A stretch of 64,000 nucleotides of DNA from a virus (IMGVR_UViG_3300009709_000001:128001-192000), one strand, 5' to 3'. Shown: positions 38,275-45,371, counted from the first letter of the stretch. Translations and numbers: made by a program. Notes: generated by a model from the sequence alone, not told the origin.

Positions 38275-38745
38275 TCAAAAAGTAGGAATAAACCAATCCG
38301 GCATATTCCTGTTTGTCCATTTTGCAAGATGTTGCTTGTGAACATTGTAATACTTTCGGTATGCCTGTACAGGATCTTCGTCCCTTACATCATCTGGCAT
38401 AGCCAATCTAAACGGTGTAATACCTTTAGATTCAATATTCGGTACAGGTAGAGACTGTATCACATTAAAAGCCTTATGATTTTCGCTGTGATCATATCTA
38501 TACATATATTCGTAGTTGAGTTCTGTTGCCAGCTCTCTCAACCACAACCAATTATCTTGTGACTCCCTTGTCCAAATTGCACAAGGATGATTCTGATGCG
38601 TAATTTTATAGCCTGCATCAACGCCTGTCAATCTCACCGCTGTACTCAAAAGTTGAGCATATTCGGTAACCATTTTGACCACATGCCTGTCGACATGGGC
38701 CTTGGCGCATTCGTGTAAATCGTTATCTAGATAAAAGATATTCAT
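38275..38745 (-). CDS. second DenV-like glycosylase paralog
   Basis: Highly similar to 36988..37479. Confidence 0.7.
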   Translation of the reverse strand: MNIFYLDNDLHECAKAHVDRHVVKMVTEYAQLLSTAVRLTGVDAGYKITHQNHPCAIWTRESQDNWLWLRELATELNYEYMYRYDHSENHKAFNVIQSLPVPNIESKGITPFRLAMPDDVRDEDPVQAYRKYYNVHKQHLAKWTNRNMPDWFIPTF

Positions 38746-38757
38746 TTTTCTTATTAT

Positions 38758-38835
38758 TGGTGCCCCGGGAGGGATTCGAACCCACACTGTACGGTTTCTA
38801 AAACCGGTGCCTCCTACCTATTGCGCTACCTGGGC
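38758..38835 (-). tRNA. tRNA-Leu(TAG), short variable loop
   Basis: Loop TTTAGAA. Confidence 0.8.
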
Positions 38836-38836
38836 A

Positions 38837-39280
38837 TTATTTCTTGACTGCAACCATAATTACGGCACAGCCTGATGTATTGTCTTCAAGGACCATGGAA
38901 TGAATTTTCTTATGGTTAAATTCATAAACGTGATTTAGTGATACTACTGCTTCTTCATCTTCGGCAGTAATGATGCTTGTACCCTTCGGTAGTACCACGG
39001 GTATCACAAAAGTGCGCGGTTCAAACACATTGGGATCTAATAAGTCCGTATGTGGCTCAGCACCCTTGCACACGCTAAAATATACAAAATCCAGGCGGTT
39101 TTTGTCAACTCCCACAACGGTTGCGATCCGATCCATCAAAAGTGAATCGGCGCTGCTGACAGCATGGACCTGGAATTTCTTCGGTGTATTTGTTTTGTAA
39201 CTCTGGAGCTTAATGCTTTCGGCATTAATCGCAATTTGTTCCGGGACATCAATAATACCGTGACAAACAATCTTATCCAT
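38837..39280 (-). CDS. 2OG-Fe(II) oxygenase/cupin-like protein
   Basis: PHTD and IHS. Confidence 0.55.
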   Translation of the reverse strand: MDKIVCHGIIDVPEQIAINAESIKLQSYKTNTPKKFQVHAVSSADSLLMDRIATVVGVDKNRLDFVYFSVCKGAEPHTDLLDPNVFEPRTFVIPVVLPKGTSIITAEDEEAVVSLNHVYEFNHKKIHSMVLEDNTSGCAVIMVAVKK

Positions 39281-39295
39281 AGATTACTTTCATTT

Positions 39296-39372
39296 TGGAG
39301 ACTCTGGTGAGAATCGAACTCACTCTTTGAACTGTTTTGCAGACAGTTGCCTTCCCAATCGACCACAGAGCC
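39296..39372 (-). tRNA. tRNA-Cys(GCA)
   Basis: Loop CTGCAAA, U73. Confidence 0.85.
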
Positions 39373-39383
39373 ATTGAATTTGA

Positions 39384-39457
39384 TGGGTTGAACCGGGGAA
39401 TCGAACCCTCGCCTACTGTTTCACAGACAGTCTTGCTACCACTACACTAGGAACAAC
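39384..39457 (-). tRNA. tRNA-His(GTG)
   Basis: Loop CTGTGAA, C73. Confidence 0.85.
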
Positions 39458-39471
39458 ATCGAAATTAAAAA

Positions 39472-39592
39472 CAGGTTCGCAATTTATATCCTACCATTAG
39501 ACGACAGTAGCGACCAACTCTACCGCTGGGATTCGAACCCAGATCTTCTTTTTTACAGAAAGATTATTATTTATTGCTGAAACGAACCTAAA
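39472..39592 (-). ncRNA. CAGCAA-scaffold RNA containing a complete circularly permuted tRNA (anticodon GTA)
   Basis: AGGTTCGTTTCAGCAA...TCTTT-CTGTAAA-AAAGA AGAT CTGGG-TTCGAAT-CCCAG CGGTAG-loop-CTACTG TCGTCTAATGGTAGGAT...CGAACCTG. Confidence 0.75.
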
Positions 39593-39604
39593 GTCGAAAT
39601 AAGT

Positions 39605-39711
39605 CAGGATGGGTGACTGATGGCCGGGAGTCGAACCCTATGTCACTGGCCCCAATGGCCTGGCCCGCAAAGTTTTGGCTGCGTGAATTGCTTGCTGCAA
39701 TCATCCTTTAG
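39605..39711 (-). ncRNA. CAGCAA-scaffold RNA with a T-loop hairpin
   Basis: TAAAGGATGATTGCAGCAA...GGG-TTCGACT-CCC...CATCCTG. Confidence 0.65.
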
Positions 39712-39716
39712 AAATT

Positions 39717-39793
39717 TGGTTCCCATGGTCGGATTCGAACCGACACTGAACAGTGTTTGAAACTGCTGACTCTACCGATTGGCCTACATGGGC
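39717..39793 (-). tRNA. tRNA-Leu(CAA), short variable loop
   Basis: Loop TTCAAAC. Confidence 0.8.
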
Positions 39794-39802
39794 ATCGAAT
39801 AC

Positions 39803-40006
39803 TTACTTGGCTGGTGCATCCGGAATGTTATCGCAAACACCAGTCTGAGTGCATCTATAATCGACACATTCTCTCAACTTTGGATCGGCCTGGCACTTCT
39901 TATCAAATTCGGCCTTTTCGACCTGAGCTGGCGTTGGTTCGCCGCAAGCTGTTAACCCTGCAATAAAACCAAGTGATAGAAGAACTGTAAAAATTACCTT
40001 TGTCAT
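39803..40006 (-). CDS. small lipoprotein
   Basis: Lipobox LTAC, Cys-rich. Confidence 0.6.
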   Translation of the reverse strand: MTKVIFTVLLSLGFIAGLTACGEPTPAQVEKAEFDKKCQADPKLRECVDYRCTQTGVCDNIPDAPAK

Positions 40007-40092
40007 AATTATCTCCGTTGTGTAGTTTGTCTATTGGACAAACTATTTATGATGCTTTTCTTACTATTTTGAAAAATAGTAAAATCTAATAT

Positions 40093-40168
40093 TGGCCGGC
40101 TAGGAACGACTCGAACGCTCAACCTTTGGTTTTGGAGACCACTGCGCTGCCAATTGCGCTACTAACCG
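40093..40168 (-). tRNA. tRNA-Trp(CCA) with 4-bp anticodon stem
   Basis: GTGGT-CTCCAAA-ACCAA, G27:A43 mismatch. Confidence 0.85.
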
Positions 40169-40176
40169 AAATTATA

Positions 40177-40253
40177 GGTGCCGAGACTGGACTTAAAGAT
40201 TACAGAAAGGGCCAGTCCGTCCGGCGGTTGCTGAAGTGCAGTAACCTTTCTTA
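40177..40253 (-). ncRNA. scaffold RNA variant with possible 3' pseudoknot
   Basis: TAAGAAAGGTTACTGCA...CCTTTCTG; inner GCCG..GACTGG can pair with downstream CCAGTC-TCGGC. Confidence 0.5.
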
Positions 40254-40261
40254 CTAAATTA

Positions 40262-40338
40262 TGGCAGGGCGGGAGAGATTCGAACTCTCAACGTGCAATT
40301 TTGGAGACTGCTGTTTTACCAATTGAAACTACCGACCT
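40262..40338 (-). tRNA. tRNA-Trp(CCA) with U11-A24
   Basis: D stem GTTT/AAAC, loop CTCCAAA. Confidence 0.85.
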
Positions 40339-40347
40339 ATCGAAATT

Positions 40348-40423
40348 TGGCTCCGTGTGAACGATTCGAACGCTCCTCACCTGGTTAACAGCCAGGGGTA
40401 CTCACCAAGAATACGAACACGGA
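40348..40423 (-). tRNA. tRNA-Asn(GTT)
   Basis: Loop CTGTTAA. Confidence 0.85.
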
Positions 40424-40437
40424 ATTATTTTATATTA

Positions 40438-40516
40438 TGGAGCGGGCAGGGAGAATCGAACTCCGCGAGCTACGGTGTGGAAGACCGTTGTGCGCCCTTT
40501 GCACTAGTCAACCCGC
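40438..40516 (-). tRNA. tRNA-Gly(TCC)
   Basis: Loop CTTCCAC, U73. Confidence 0.8.
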
Positions 40517-40913
40517 CTTTAATTAATGCACCTCTTCCTCGGCCCTTATTCTTAGAGCCGTAGAATTCGGTTTGTGTATGGCAATTTGGACATAGAAGAG
40601 TTAAATTATCTTCGTTATTATTCCGGCTATTACCGTCAATATGTTCCAATTGTAATGTCAGGGATTTACCATTCCAGGTATTGCCTTGTCTACATGACTG
40701 GCAAGTGTCATTAAACTTTTCAAGAATATATCGCCTAATAAACGAACTAGTCTGTGTCTCACCCTTTAGGCCATTTTCTAATCCGTTTTTCCAACGATCT
40801 ATATATTCATTATATTGATGTGTATGTTGGCACAGATGCCCACAGAATTTATTCTTCTTGTTGGAGGCTTTCTTTACACCAATTCCACAACAAAGGCAAA
40901 CATAAATAGACAT
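40470..40913 (-). CDS. HNH endonuclease reading into tRNA-Gly
   Basis: LQLEHIDGNSRNNNEDNLTLLCPNCH. Confidence 0.85.
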   Translation of the reverse strand: MSIYVCLCCGIGVKKASNKKNKFCGHLCQHTHQYNEYIDRWKNGLENGLKGETQTSSFIRRYILEKFNDTCQSCRQGNTWNGKSLTLQLEHIDGNSRNNNEDNLTLLCPNCHTQTEFYGSKNKGRGRGALIKGGLTSAKGAQRSSTP

Positions 40914-41088
40914 AACGCGATCTCCTGTTATGATTATTTATGATCGCGTGGTTATTCGTGCCACGCATTTATGAATCGGCGTCTGACTTCCGATACTTAA
41001 AGATAGCACCGGCATTTCATCCGGTTTGCATGATCAAGGCCTGGCTATCTATGTTATGTTCTTGCGGGGGCCGTAGCCCCCGGCTTGT

Positions 41089-42120
41089 TTAGACCGTTGC
41101 AGCGGACCAGATCATCAGGTTCGTACCTTCGGTCAGCTTGCGGTTGACGGAAGTCGACTGGACGAAGATGTCGTACTGGCCATGTGCACCAGGAGCAACC
41201 TTGCAGTCACCCACATGCGGGAGGCCGAGCATGTCACGAGCAGAGAAACCACTGTAGACAGAACCGGACTTCTTGTCACGGATTGCGATCTGCTTGTAGT
41301 CCTGGACCGTTTCGGTCTTGGCCAGCTGATAGAAAGCGCAACCCTTCGTGAACGTCACACCTTGTGCTTGCACGAAATCGCGAATTTGCACGCCGTCGTT
41401 CACAGCGTCGACGCGATACACGTCAACTTCCTGCGAAATGTCCACCAGTGCAGCCTTGACTTCTGCCACCGAAACCTTGCTCAGGTCGGTGTAGAACTTG
41501 TCAGTAGAGCCAACACCTGCGGAACGTGCAGCATAGAAGCCCTTGAACGCAGCCTTGGTAGACGCAGTCGAAGCAGCCATGCCGCGCTGGGTTTGCTCCC
41601 ATTCCTGGATGTTGCCTGCGGGGATACCGTAGCGCACCAGTGTGGCTGCATCACCCTTCGGGACACGGAACACGAATGTCCAACGGTCGGTGGCTTGCAG
41701 TTGCTTGATCATTGCGCCGATCTGCGGACCGGAATACTTCACGCTGGCGTTCTCGCCACCGTCGGTAGTCACAAAGACCAGGAACGAAACTTCGGGATCA
41801 GCACCGTCCGGTGCAGCCTGCAGTTGCTCGATCAGGGAGCCAACAGCGTCGAACAGCGGCGTACCGCGGCCTTCTGCTGTGTAATCAGCCTCGGCAATGG
41901 GGGCCAGGGCGATGATCGAAGAATTCGAAACCACAGTACGAACATCGCTGGTGCGACCGTAACCGAGTTCAACAACCGACACGATAGTGTCGATGCCGTA
42001 TGCCACGGCTTCTTCCTTGATAGCTGCGATGCTGTCGTTGTAATCACGTGCGGCGTGACGAGCAATACCGCTCATCGAGCCGGAGTGATCTCGGGCAAAG
42101 CCGAAGTAATTCTTCTTCAT
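41089..42120 (-). CDS. von Willebrand factor A domain protein
   Basis: DHSGSM (MIDAS), GTPLFDA and TDGGEN; own sigma70 promoter at about 42166-42194. Confidence 0.8.
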   Translation of the reverse strand: MKKNYFGFARDHSGSMSGIARHAARDYNDSIAAIKEEAVAYGIDTIVSVVELGYGRTSDVRTVVSNSSIIALAPIAEADYTAEGRGTPLFDAVGSLIEQLQAAPDGADPEVSFLVFVTTDGGENASVKYSGPQIGAMIKQLQATDRWTFVFRVPKGDAATLVRYGIPAGNIQEWEQTQRGMAASTASTKAAFKGFYAARSAGVGSTDKFYTDLSKVSVAEVKAALVDISQEVDVYRVDAVNDGVQIRDFVQAQGVTFTKGCAFYQLAKTETVQDYKQIAIRDKKSGSVYSGFSARDMLGLPHVGDCKVAPGAHGQYDIFVQSTSVNRKLTEGTNLMIWSAATV

Positions 42121-42218
42121 AAATGCCTTTCTGTGTGTACGTCACAATTAACGTTTACAGGACTAACTATATAAGTATGTCAAATTTTTGTCAACTGATT
42201 TTTATCAATTGATTTTTA

Positions 42219-42340
42219 TGGTTCCGCCCCAGGGAATCGAACCCCGTCTACTTCCTTATCATGGAATTTGAATTTATTGCTGAACGTATCCTTGGCAGGA
42301 TCACCTCGTTTAAGCATGCTACCGTTACATCAAAGCGGAA
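42219..42340 (-). tRNA. tRNA(GAT)-like gene interrupted by a 47-nt CAGCAA-scaffold insert
   Basis: TCCGCTT-TGATGTAACGGTAGCATGCTT[insert 42265-42311]CC-ATGATAA-GGAAG...T arm...GGGCGGA-ACCA. Confidence 0.65.
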
Positions 42341-42511
42341 TTGTTGGTGCCAGAATTAGATATACCGATAGCGATCGTCTTTCCAGCATAGAAAATGGAG
42401 CAAGATACGTGATATAATCTAGTGATTCGTACCCGGCACTGAATGGCGCCACGTCTAATCCAACGTATACGGCTATAAGACCAGTTAGTTACGCAGGGAC
42501 ACGGCATTGAT

Positions 42512-42587
42512 TGGTGGGTTCGCCCAGCATCGAACTGGGATCTCGCTGCTTAAGAGGCAGGACTCTAGCCAATTGAGTTACAAACCC
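42512..42587 (-). tRNA. tRNA-Lys(CTT)
   Basis: Loop CTCTTAA. Confidence 0.9.
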
Positions 42588-43429
42588 GTAACTTGTGATT
42601 TTGTTTCTATTCCTAATGCGGCAAATTGTGCCCTTATCTCGGTATTCACCATCGAATAATACTTTTTGGTATTGATTAAATGGCGGAGAAGCATGTGTCC
42701 GTCAATCTCTGGCGGTGTTTCATGATCCTCGATAGAAACGTTTGCGTAATGTTTCAACGCATTTGCATTGTTTCGGAACAGTAAATCAGTTCCAATTATG
42801 TCTGTCGACCAATGCATATTCAATTGCACTGATGGATTCTGGACATAATCATCTAGAAAATCTATAACATTGAAGTAAGACTTCATGTGTCCCACATTAT
42901 CATGGGCATAGATACAATGCTTTCTTGATAGCCAGTTCGTAAACTGACTAACATCAAATTCGTGTTCTCCACCAATTACCTTCAAATAAGGTGTAGTTAG
43001 GTTCAGAGAATGATAGGGTACATCAGCAGATGTAAGGATTGCAGGAATAGATCCGCCCGAATCAGCGAATACAACAGTTTTCTTTGTTGTACCATTGGTA
43101 TATAACTTCTCGTTCAGTATGTTTGCAATACCGAAGAAGGAATCACATACACCCATAATTCCGAGATAATTTGCAATGTAGACACCATGGTCTCTATTTG
43201 CATCTCTAATTGAAACTACGTTTACATGCTGACCTAGTTTATTGAAAAAGTGCTTCTTCCAAAAAACAAGAGTTCTTGCAATGCTCGAAGTAGTTGGGCC
43301 ACCTAGGCCATTAAACTGAATAAAAGTGACAGGCGATCTATCGCTAAAGTCAAATCCTATTCCATTTTCATGAATAAAAACTTGATCTGTTGATCTTCCG
43401 TAATTAATAGTTTCCGATGTATATGACAT
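42578..43429 (-). CDS. alpha/beta-hydrolase-like protein; stop inside tRNA-Lys
   Basis: ADSGG nucleophile-elbow-like motif and distal GH. Confidence 0.5.
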   Translation of the reverse strand: MSYTSETINYGRSTDQVFIHENGIGFDFSDRSPVTFIQFNGLGGPTTSSIARTLVFWKKHFFNKLGQHVNVVSIRDANRDHGVYIANYLGIMGVCDSFFGIANILNEKLYTNGTTKKTVVFADSGGSIPAILTSADVPYHSLNLTTPYLKVIGGEHEFDVSQFTNWLSRKHCIYAHDNVGHMKSYFNVIDFLDDYVQNPSVQLNMHWSTDIIGTDLLFRNNANALKHYANVSIEDHETPPEIDGHMLLRHLINTKKYYSMVNTEIRAQFAALGIETKSQVTGL

Positions 43430-43436
43430 CGACTAT

Positions 43437-43727
43437 TTAGTACGGAAATTCATACCCGTATTCAGAAAGGTATCTTCGTGCCTTTCTCATAACTTCCTCA
43501 CTAGGCTGAACTTTCTTAAATCCAGTCCTTAGAATATAGAAATCTTCGCAATCGTTGTCAAATAACTCTATGTAATATAAATCGCCGCTGGTTAAACCTG
43601 CATGCGAATTACATACAAATAATGCCTTCTTGGCATTCGATGCGATGCGTACAACTTCTTCGCATTCGCCCGAAAGCGACCAGTCATATCGATAATTATC
43701 AGATACGTCGATAAAAAAAGGTTTCAT
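43437..43727 (-). CDS. hypothetical protein
   Basis: ORF. Confidence 0.5.
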   Translation of the reverse strand: MKPFFIDVSDNYRYDWSLSGECEEVVRIASNAKKALFVCNSHAGLTSGDLYYIELFDNDCEDFYILRTGFKKVQPSEEVMRKARRYLSEYGYEFPY

Positions 43728-43731
43728 ATCT

Positions 43732-43806
43732 TGGTACCCCTGACGGGATTCGAACCCGCCTGAGTAGGTTGAAAGCCTACGGACCTCACCAGAAGTCGAC
43801 AGGGGC
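43732..43806 (-). tRNA. tRNA-Glu(TTC)
   Basis: Loop CTTTCAA. Confidence 0.85.
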
Positions 43807-43812
43807 AGTGTT

Positions 43813-43898
43813 TGGTACCCTGTGGGGGATTCGAACCCCAGCCCTTTTGGGCATCACCTTGAAAGGGTGAGGACCGTTGCCAGCAGTCGACACAGGAT
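43813..43898 (-). tRNA. tRNA-Glu(TTC) with long variable arm
   Basis: Loop CTTTCAA, variable arm GCCC-AAAA-GGGC. Confidence 0.8.
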
Positions 43899-43899
43899 A

Positions 43900-43973
43900 T
43901 GGTAGCTCCAACAAGAATCGAACTTGTGAGACCCGGTTATCGGCCGAGGATTATACCACTTAATTATGGAGCC
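43900..43973 (-). tRNA. tRNA-Ile(GAT)
   Basis: Loop CCGATAA. Confidence 0.8.
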
Positions 43974-44185
43974 ATTGATTGTTCGTATTGAATTAATTCC
44001 TGAATTATTTCGTCTCTATCAAAACTTCTTATGAAGTATGCATCTTCTGGGCTTATAGTACCCGGTTGATAATATCCGAATTTAATCAGAAAATCCATAG
44101 GAAGATGCCTAATCCTAAAATAGATATTATCTGTTCTAGGGATGTTATATTTCAGAGAGACATATAATTCGTCAATTTCATTCAT
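43964..44185 (-). CDS. hypothetical protein; stop inside tRNA-Ile
   Basis: Ends ...QSMAP*, TAA at tRNA nt 8-10. Confidence 0.5.
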   Translation of the reverse strand: MNEIDELYVSLKYNIPRTDNIYFRIRHLPMDFLIKFGYYQPGTISPEDAYFIRSFDRDEIIQELIQYEQSMAP

Positions 44186-44191
44186 AATATT

Positions 44192-44266
44192 TGGTTGCCA
44201 CGGTCAGGATCGAACTGACGACTCTTGCCTTATCAAGACACTACTCTACCACTGAGTTACGCGGCA
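44192..44266 (-). tRNA. tRNA-Ile(GAT)
   Basis: Loop TTGATAA. Confidence 0.85.
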
Positions 44267-44370
44267 ATAAATTCAAACGTGTTGCAGCTCATCTGCAATA
44301 CGGACAGCTATTGTAGTCACTGTCAAAACTAGATTGATAAAAATAAGTTCCATTTTATTTCTTTGTTAGT

Positions 44371-44449
44371 TGGTCGGGGATGCAGGATTCGAACCTGCGA
44401 CCTCTCACTTCCAAGGCGAGCCGTCTGACCTGACTGACAATAATCCCCG
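44371..44449 (-). tRNA. tRNA-Pro(TGG)
   Basis: Loop CTTGGAA. Confidence 0.85.
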
Positions 44450-44512
44450 ATATTAGATAGTGCTGCCGGCTTCCATAACCGGTGGAATCTCATTCCCTAT
44501 ATCTAACGTTTT

Positions 44513-44588
44513 TGGTGCCGGCTAGAGGAATCGAACCCCTGACCTTCTGACTACAAAACAGTTGCTCTACCTACTGAGCTAAACCGGC
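44513..44588 (-). tRNA. tRNA-Thr(TGT)
   Basis: Loop TTTGTAG. Confidence 0.85.
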
Positions 44589-44598
44589 ATAATAAATT

Positions 44599-44657
44599 CA
44601 GAGTACGCTTTTTTCACCAATTGAAAGTAGTTTAAATTTGCTGAATGTACTCTTTAG
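44599..44657 (-). ncRNA. CAGCAA-scaffold RNA with a Glu(TTC)-like loop
   Basis: TAAAGAGTACATTCAGCAA...ACTA-CTTTCAAT-TGGT...GTACTCTG. Confidence 0.65.
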
Positions 44658-44663
44658 AAAGCA

Positions 44664-44738
44664 TGGCGCCTCGTAGGGGAATCGAACCCCTTTGATCCGT
44701 TAGACAGACGGGCATAATAACCAGTATATGAACGAGGC
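44664..44738 (-). tRNA. tRNA-Asp(GTC)
   Basis: Loop CTGTCTA, G73. Confidence 0.85.
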
Positions 44739-44745
44739 AAAGATT

Positions 44746-44943
44746 TTAGTAATCGCTATAGATAATGTACCAGGATTCCTCTAATGGAGAAATTTCAATA
44801 CGAATAAGCTGAGATCGCATTACACCAGAATAGCGAAAGATGTAATCTTTCTCGTATTGTGGCATGTATCCAGAAGCAGCTTCAATACTAAAGTTCTGTG
44901 CTTCTTTTCTAAATTCAGCTGACCAAGGTACTTTTCGTTCCAT
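44746..44943 (-). CDS. hypothetical protein
   Basis: ORF. Confidence 0.45.
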   Translation of the reverse strand: MERKVPWSAEFRKEAQNFSIEAASGYMPQYEKDYIFRYSGVMRSQLIRIEISPLEESWYIIYSDY

Positions 44944-44962
44944 AGCTTTATTTTGATTTAAT

Positions 44963-45020
44963 CAGTGTTCTTATTTTCAATTACAAGTTGAATTTTTAAT
45001 TTGCTGAACGAACACTTTAG
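44963..45020 (-). ncRNA. CAGCAA-scaffold RNA displaying a Thr(TGT) anticodon stem-loop
   Basis: TAAAGTGTTCGTTCAGCAA...TTCAA-CTTGTAA-TTGAA...GAACACTG. Confidence 0.7.
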
Positions 45021-45023
45021 AAT

Positions 45024-45283
45024 TGGATTTAATGAGAAGACTCGAACTTCCACTGCCGGCTTAAATCGCGTATGCTGGGTACCGGAGTGCTACCTAGAAA
45101 AACTTCGAGTAATAATTCTTGATATGTCTAGTTTACCTTTTCTTGCTCTCGACCTGTTCCGCACTTCCCGGACTCACAGTGTTTGGTTTTAAAGCCTACG
45201 CGATTGTTATCGATTACATTACTTGGATACGTTCAATACCTGTCCTTAAGACCGTACTAATTTTTCCATTACACTACATTAAA
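45024..45283 (-). ncRNA. tRNA-like gene with an insertion of about 185 nt in the anticodon loop
   Basis: TTTAATG-TAGTGTAATGG...CGGT-CTTAAG[...]TTAA-GCCG...GGAAG-TTCGAGT-CTTCT-CATTAAA-TCCA. Confidence 0.55.
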
Positions 45284-45285
45284 AC

Positions 45286-45361
45286 TGGTGCCAAGGACTG
45301 GATTCGAACCAGTGACGCATAACTTTTCAGGCTACCGCTCTACCGCTGGAGCTACCCTGGC
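45286..45361 (-). tRNA. tRNA-Phe(GAA)
   Basis: Loop CTGAAAA. Confidence 0.85.
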
Positions 45362-45371
45362 ATGAAATTAT

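Noticed and set aside
40177-40253. Pistol or twister ribozyme
   Set aside because: A pseudoknot is possible but the conserved catalytic-core nucleotides could not be matched. It fits the scaffold family better.
429-45020. CRISPR array or MITE interpretation of the repeated scaffold
   Set aside because: Copies are dispersed, the stems covary rather than repeat, and no cas gene, transposase or target-site duplication is evident.
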